From a virus (lineage: Duplodnaviria; Caudoviricetes), in the IMG/VR virus record IMGVR_UViG_3300005573_000130, positions 1 through 48,673 of that record: a DNA stretch of 48,673 nucleotides; one strand, given 5' to 3'. Both the position numbers and the translations under genes were made by a program. Below, in pieces: positions 44,296-48,673 of the stretch; within the stretch, counting starts at the first letter, position 1, and each line of letters opens with the position of its first letter. The notes below the pieces were generated by a model, which was given only the letters and a program-made list of their open reading frames with translations, made no database searches and was not told where the DNA came from.

Positions 44296-44531
44296 ACGGC
44301 AATCCTATTCTCGGGCAGCAAATCGAGGTCTCGGTGTCTGCCATCGCCGACGGCGCATCGACGATATTCGTTGCGACAGCGGGGAACAGAGCCGTCGGCA
44401 CGGCTCGCGTCACATGTGCGGACGCTCAAATCATGGCCGTTCTTGCGAACGCGATGGCGCAAGCTGCCGCGCAAGCAATGCGCGGTCTGGTCGCGGCGCC
44501 GGCTGGACTCGCCGAGCGGTTCAAGACGTGA
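44292..44531 (+). CDS. Hypothetical protein
   Basis: RBS AAGGA, ATG 44292, coupled to neighbours. Confidence 0.5.
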   Translation: MNGNPILGQQIEVSVSAIADGASTIFVATAGNRAVGTARVTCADAQIMAVLANAMAQAAAQAMRGLVAAPAGLAERFKT

Positions 44532-44632
44532 CGCACTGCCTGCTCATCGCGTGGGCAGCATTTTCCGCCGGCGCGGGAGCGGGGTTCGTTGTGTATGCGT
44601 TGTTCATGGGAGGGAATCGAGATGCAAGGTGA
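44528..44632 (+). CDS. Small single-TM peptide
   Basis: GTG 44528 in GTGA overlap; MTHCLLIAWAAFSAGAGAGFVVYALFMGGNRDAR. Confidence 0.4.
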   Translation: MTHCLLIAWAAFSAGAGAGFVVYALFMGGNRDAR

Positions 44633-44816
44633 TTCGAGCGCTGGCATAATCATACTGCTGGCGTTGTTTGCCGTCTATTTCCTGCCGGCGATTTGCGCCA
44701 TCGGCCGGCATTGTCGCGGACGTGGCGCGATCGTGTTTCTCAACCTGCTGCTCGGATGGACCGCAGTAGGCTGGATCGCAACCTTCATCTGGGCAAACGC
44801 AGCCCCCAAGGAGTGA
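44622..44816 (+). CDS. Superinfection immunity protein (T4 Imm-like)
   Basis: YFLPAICA..R...IVFLNLLLGWT.VGW...IWA signature; RBS GGAGG. Confidence 0.85.
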   Translation: MQGDSSAGIIILLALFAVYFLPAICAIGRHCRGRGAIVFLNLLLGWTAVGWIATFIWANAAPKE

Positions 44817-44819
44817 CAG

Positions 44820-45299
44820 ATGCAAAATCTTCTCAAGTTCATGGCTTTCATGGCGCCCGGCCTCGTTGTCGCGTGCGCCAGCCAGACGCCCGCACAGCTT
44901 GCCACCGACGTGGCGAACCTAGCCGGCGGCGTCGCGGCTGCCGCACAGACTCTGCGCCATGGCGGGATGCTGCCGGCGCAGCAACAGGCGCAGCTTGATG
45001 ACGCCGTGAGCGCGCTCCAGGCCGCCGCCACGGCTGTTGCCAAGGCGACGACTGCCACTGCGCAGCAGAGCGCGACGCAGCAAGCGGTTGCGGCGTTCAA
45101 TGCCGTCACGGCGGCGCTCGCCGGCGCCAAGGGCATGCCGACGAACGTGGTGACGGTGCTCACCGCGGCGCAGGTGCTTCTGCCGACGATCGAGGCGCTG
45201 GCTGGACTACCGGTCACGGCGTCCGCGAGCGCAACGGCGATGACGCCGGACGAGGCGAGCACGATCCTGTCGAGCGAGGCGGCGCGGCTGCATACCTGA
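44820..45299 (+). CDS. Lipoprotein, spanin candidate
   Basis: RBS AAGGAG; signal peptide ending in lipobox LVVAC; Ala/Gln-rich helices; hydrophobic segment near the C-terminus. Confidence 0.6.
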   Translation: MQNLLKFMAFMAPGLVVACASQTPAQLATDVANLAGGVAAAAQTLRHGGMLPAQQQAQLDDAVSALQAAATAVAKATTATAQQSATQQAVAAFNAVTAALAGAKGMPTNVVTVLTAAQVLLPTIEALAGLPVTASASATAMTPDEASTILSSEAARLHT

Positions 45300-45470
45300 T
45301 CCGTGAGGTGGGGCGTTCCTCCTAGTCCCTCCTGCGCGAGCCGGGCCGCGTCCTCACGGATGCCCGGCAGAGCGCCTTAGCACCCAGGCGTGTTGGCCCG
45401 AGCGCCGCGCTCGATCGGGCCGCTTCCCCTCACCGGAAACGCCGGGCGAGTCCGCACCGAATGCCCGATC
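45299..45470 (+). ncRNA. Candidate structured intergenic RNA
   Basis: Several perfect inverted repeats (10, 7, 5, 7 and 8 bp) and two CCTCCT motifs within about 170 nt of non-coding DNA; no family recognised. Confidence 0.3.
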
Positions 45471-45486
45471 ATCATGGGAGACCACT

Positions 45487-45780
45487 GTGGCAGATTCCGT
45501 CCCGCTGCTTCATATCATTGCACAGAAAGCGTGGCACGATTCGGCCTTCATTGTCGGGAATCTGGAAGCATTAAAGCTCCTCAGGCAGGCGCTAGACGCC
45601 GCAATGTCGGACGCCGGCACCGGCTTTGCTGATGTCTTTGCCGAGGACGGCGAAGGGTATGCCCTGCATGTTCGATGCCTCACCGATGAAGAAATGGCGA
45701 CAGTCCCGTATGGATACACAGACCCTGACACGTTCGGCGAGCCGCGCCCGTGGCCGCTTTGGATGAAGCAGGCGCGATAA
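45487..45780 (+). CDS. Hypothetical protein
   Basis: RBS GGGAG, GTG start; LHIIAQ..WHD.AFIVGN..AL..LR..LD and F.EDGEGY. Confidence 0.6.
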   Translation: MADSVPLLHIIAQKAWHDSAFIVGNLEALKLLRQALDAAMSDAGTGFADVFAEDGEGYALHVRCLTDEEMATVPYGYTDPDTFGEPRPWPLWMKQAR

Positions 45781-45878
45781 TGTGGTGGCTCTGGCCCTGG
45801 TGGTTCTGGTGGTATCTGCCGCCGCGCCGGGCTAAACTGCCGTCTGGCTGGCGCGTAATCAACGGAGATAGGCGATGA
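45780..45878 (+). CDS. Trp-rich cationic micropeptide (32 aa, absent from the ORF track)
   Basis: MWWLWPWWFWWYLPPRRAKLPSGWRVINGDRR; TAATG overlap upstream and ATGA overlap downstream. Confidence 0.55.
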   Translation: MWWLWPWWFWWYLPPRRAKLPSGWRVINGDRR

Positions 45879-45985
45879 GATTTCGTGAGATCGTGTTCGC
45901 GGCGATGCCGGCGTTCGCATGGGCGCAAGGCGTTATCCCAACGAATAACGCCACGATCGGCACATGCGTCGGGATAGTCCACTGA
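45875..45985 (+). CDS. Micropeptide (36 aa, absent from the ORF track)
   Basis: MRFREIVFAAMPAFAWAQGVIPTNNATIGTCVGIVH; RBS GGAG; its stop overlaps the endolysin ATG (TGATG). Confidence 0.4.
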   Translation: MRFREIVFAAMPAFAWAQGVIPTNNATIGTCVGIVH

Positions 45986-46407
45986 TGATCCCCGCAATGC
46001 AAGCGCTGCTGGAGCAGCAGGAAGGATTCAGCGCGAAGCCGTTCCGTGATTCGCGCGGGTTTCTCACGATTGGCAACGGCACGAATCTCGATGCGGGCAT
46101 CACGCGCGTGCAGGCAGCGGCACTGATGCAATGCCAGTTGGACGCGAACGAGCCTGCGCTGTTGGCGTTCCCGTGGTTCGCTGGCCTCGATCCCGTGCGG
46201 CGCAGCGTCATCGAGAACATGGCTTACAACATGGGCGTCGGCGGCGTGCTGACCTTCACGGACATGATCGCCGCCATTGAGGCGAAGGACTGGCCCGAGG
46301 CTGCGCGCCAGATGCGGGCGAGCAAATGGGCCGTGCAGGTCGGCGACCGCGCGAAGGTGCTCGCGACGATCATGGAGACGGGGGAGATGCCGGATGCCTC
46401 CGTCTGA
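45985..46407 (+). CDS. Endolysin, T4-lysozyme-like (GH24)
   Basis: E-x8-D-x5-T triad (EGFSAKPFRDSRGFLTIG); NMAYNMG and SKWAVQVGDRA motifs; ATG 45985 preferred. Confidence 0.9.
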   Translation: MIPAMQALLEQQEGFSAKPFRDSRGFLTIGNGTNLDAGITRVQAAALMQCQLDANEPALLAFPWFAGLDPVRRSVIENMAYNMGVGGVLTFTDMIAAIEAKDWPEAARQMRASKWAVQVGDRAKVLATIMETGEMPDASV

Positions 46408-46996
46408 CGCCTATCTGTGCCGCCTCGTCGCACAGAGCTACACGAGCGCGACGTGGTGGGCTGGCGAGCTATCGGGGCTCTACACTCTCGCGGACGGCGC
46501 GCGCGTGATCGCGATTCCAGGCACCAAGCGCGAACTCGGCGAGTGGCTGCGCGATTTTGCGGCGTGGCCGACGTGGGATGGAACGCTCGGGATCTGCCAC
46601 GCCGGCTTTTGCGCCGGTGCCTGGGAACTTTACCGGCGCGCACCGATGGCTTCCGTCAATTTCAGCGGCGCGGTGATCGTCGGTCACTCCCTCGGCGGCG
46701 CGCTCGCGCTCCTCCTCGCCGGCATTCTGGTAGCACGGCGGACGCCGCCGGCTGCCGTCGTCACCTTCGGCGCGCCGCGTTGCGGCTCGTGGAAACTGCG
46801 CCGCCTGCTTTCGCCGATCGCGGTCCGCAGCTATCGCAACGGCGACGATCCGGTGCCGGACGTTCCTTGGCTGCCAGGCATCTATCTTCACCCGCGCCGT
46901 CAAATCGAGATCGGCACGCCGGCGGATGACCCGCTCGCCGACCATCACATCGGCGCTTATGAGCGCGCGCTCGGAGCATTGGAGTGCGATGCCTAG
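46394..46996 (+). CDS. Lipase class 3 (alpha/beta hydrolase)
   Basis: IAIPGT, HAGF, GHSLGGALA nucleophile elbow, VVTFGAPR, DPVPDVP and DHHI; ATG 46394. Confidence 0.88.
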   Translation: MPPSDAYLCRLVAQSYTSATWWAGELSGLYTLADGARVIAIPGTKRELGEWLRDFAAWPTWDGTLGICHAGFCAGAWELYRRAPMASVNFSGAVIVGHSLGGALALLLAGILVARRTPPAAVVTFGAPRCGSWKLRRLLSPIAVRSYRNGDDPVPDVPWLPGIYLHPRRQIEIGTPADDPLADHHIGAYERALGALECDA

Positions 46997-47315
46997 GCCC
47001 TACGTCTGGAAGCCGGAGGAAGATGAATATCTTGCCCAGTCCGTTCGCGCCGGCCTATTCTATGAGGAGATCGCGGCTCGCCTTGGCCGATCCCGGAGCG
47101 CCATCATCGAGCGCCGAAAGAAACTGCGCGTCGAGAGGCAGCCAGAAACCCCGGCACCAGCGCCGGTCAACGATCCGATGGTCGACGCGCCGCGCACGGT
47201 ATTCCGCACCGCACTTCCTGCCGGCGATCCGATCACCTGGGGCGCGATCACCGCTGGCACATGGCTGGAGGACGCACCGTATCCGCTGGAGCCGCTATGG
47301 ATGCCATCGCGCTGA
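46989..47315 (+). CDS. GcrA/Myb-like HTH protein
   Basis: WKPEEDEYL...GLFYEEIAARLGRSRSAIIERRKKL; RBS GGAG. Confidence 0.7.
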   Translation: MPRPYVWKPEEDEYLAQSVRAGLFYEEIAARLGRSRSAIIERRKKLRVERQPETPAPAPVNDPMVDAPRTVFRTALPAGDPITWGAITAGTWLEDAPYPLEPLWMPSR

Positions 47316-47494
47316 CGCTGACCGTGTGCCTACTGGCTGCGCCGGATCGGTGCGAGACACGTGAGGCGGCGCTATTCGAGATCGTTACCGGCTGCCTCAT
47401 GGCGGCACAGACCGAAGCGGCACGCTGGATCGCCAGCCATCCAGCTTATAGGCTTGCATCCTGGCGGTGCGGCAGAGAGGAGAAGGCGTTATGA
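47297..47494 (+). CDS. Small Cys-containing hypothetical protein
   Basis: LTLTVCLLAAPDRC...GCLMAAQ..AARW..SHP.Y....WRC; RBS GGAG. Confidence 0.6.
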   Translation: MDAIALTLTVCLLAAPDRCETREAALFEIVTGCLMAAQTEAARWIASHPAYRLASWRCGREEKAL

Positions 47495-47826
47495 CCGATC
47501 ATTCCGCGATGAAACTCGGCCTAATCCGCGAGCCGCGGACGGCATACACTGACCATGATGCGGTCGTTATGTCCGACGAAGAAGTGATCAGCGCATACAG
47601 CGCCGTGACAGGCTATCGTCCAAGCGATCCGTCCACCGATCGCGGCGGCCTGATTTCGGACGCGCTGCGATTCTGGCGGATGTCCGGTATGCCGACGCCG
47701 GACGGTGGCCCCGACGTGCTCACCGGCGCGGCGTTAACGAAGGCGAAGGCCGAGGGGCTGCCCTACACCAACACGGCGGAATATCAGGCGGACCCGAACT
47801 GGTCCATTAGCACAGCCAGGCAATAA
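47491..47826 (+). pseudogene. Internally deleted paralog of the downstream peptidase (open frame, no catalytic residues)
   Basis: Shares MTDHS.MKLG.IR and VMS...V..AYSA..GY.P.DP.TD.G....AL..WR..G..TPDGGPD.L with 47828-48574 but lacks the GDC and GGH segments; RBS GAGGAG retained. Confidence 0.55.
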
Positions 47827-47827
47827 G

Positions 47828-48574
47828 ATGACCGACCACTCGATGATGAAACTAGGCCGCATCCGCGCAACCCCAGATCCGCGCATCCCGATGCTGGCCG
47901 ACGTGTGGACGATACCGACCGTCGTCCCGGACGTGGTGGACTGGTATTCGCGCGTCCCGGCAGACTGGGGCATGATGGGCAATGACCAAATCGGTGACTG
48001 CACTGCCGCAGCCATAGCGCACGCGATCGAGCAGTGGACGGCCTATACCGATCCAGCGCCGATCGTCATGTCCACCGATCAGGTAGTTGCGGCATACAGC
48101 GCATTCTCTGGCTACGTACCTGGCGATCCGGCCACCGACCAGGGCTCGACATGCCTCGCCGCGCTGCAATACTGGCGCACGGCTGGCGTTCAGACGCCTG
48201 ACGGGGGGCCAGACACGCTGAGCGCGTTCGCCAGGCTGCGCACGGTTGCGGAACTGCGCAGAGCGATCGCGACGTTCGGCAACGCCTATGCCGGCGTCGG
48301 CCTGCCGCTCTCCGCGCAGAACGAGGATGTCTGGTCATCAACCTCGGACCCAGTCGGTTCATGGGGCGGCCACAGCGTCCCGCTCGTCGGATACAACGCC
48401 ACCGGCCCGATTTGCGTCACCTGGGGGGCGCTCAAGCAAATGACATGGAACTGGTGGGAGAAATACGGCGAGGAAGCCTATGCGCTTCTATCGCCGGACT
48501 GGATGCGCGCGAACGGGTTTGACCCGGCAGGCGTGAACTGGGACGCGCTTAAGGAGGCGCTGGCGACGATCTAA
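47828..48574 (+). CDS. Papain-like (C1-type) cysteine peptidase
   Basis: VDW, NDQIGDCT (catalytic Cys), GGHSVPLVGY (catalytic His) and VTWG. Confidence 0.78.
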   Translation: MTDHSMMKLGRIRATPDPRIPMLADVWTIPTVVPDVVDWYSRVPADWGMMGNDQIGDCTAAAIAHAIEQWTAYTDPAPIVMSTDQVVAAYSAFSGYVPGDPATDQGSTCLAALQYWRTAGVQTPDGGPDTLSAFARLRTVAELRRAIATFGNAYAGVGLPLSAQNEDVWSSTSDPVGSWGGHSVPLVGYNATGPICVTWGALKQMTWNWWEKYGEEAYALLSPDWMRANGFDPAGVNWDALKEALATI

Positions 48575-48673
48575 GCGTGCTCAACGCACCAGTCGCACAT
48601 GAACCGGTAACGGCTCGGCGGCGCGAATACTTTGCGGCAGGACAGACATCTCCGGTCCGGGACACGCTGGCGA

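Larger units (their letters stand above)
1..48673 (+). mobile_element. Tailed dsDNA phage/prophage late region (head, two tail modules, lysis)
   Basis: Co-oriented, tightly coupled genes with terminase, portal, capsid, sheath, baseplate, nozzle and endolysin motifs; no host housekeeping genes, integrase or att site seen in the window. Confidence 0.97.

Noticed and set aside
45290-45450. Hammerhead ribozyme (CTGAT near 45296, GAAAC near 45436)
   Set aside because: The CUGANGA core is not matched (CTGATCC) and the stems do not fit hammerhead topology
47491-48574. Possible diversity-generating retroelement TR/VR pair
   Set aside because: Differences between the copies are not adenine-specific and no reverse transcriptase is present in the window
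1-48673. tRNA, rRNA, integrase, att sites and intrinsic terminators
   Set aside because: No cloverleaf, rRNA-like segment, recombinase motif or convincing hairpin plus U-tract was recognised by eye in the few intergenic gaps

Overview
The whole window is the late (virion and lysis) region of a tailed dsDNA phage or prophage, with every credible gene on the + strand; an alphaproteobacterial host is my inference. From 840 to 43559 the genes abut or overlap (ATGA/TGATG) almost without gaps. The order is: one head module (TerL, DUF1073-type portal, MuF-like protein, DUF2213-type protease, scaffold, decoration protein, major capsid protein); a complete contractile (myovirus-type) tail module (neck, sheath, tube, chaperone with a -1 frameshift site, tape measure with lytic transglycosylase, hub, spike, wedge, baseplate J, fibre); a block of accessory beta-rich structural genes; and then a second, non-contractile podovirus-type tail and ejection module (two adaptor-like proteins, collar fibre, P22 gp10-like nozzle, two GNAT-fold proteins, DNA-pilot protein, 2224-aa polyvalent protein with ParB-like and JAB domains). 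No second capsid, portal or terminase is visible. The two tail modules end in paralogous genes and are joined through an in-frame gene fusion that keeps an internal RBS and GTG start. One head module with two apparently intact, architecturally different tail machines is the main candidate for an undescribed system. After a promoter near 43573 come an RHH regulator, a holin-like protein, a superinfection-immunity protein, a lipoprotein, a Trp-rich micropeptide, a GH24 endolysin, a lipase and a papain-like peptidase with a truncated paralog. Other notable signals are two short ORFs overprinted inside the giant gene, two NNNGG pentamer arrays and a structured intergenic RNA candidate. All family names come from motif recognition and gene order by eye; no database search or folding program was run.
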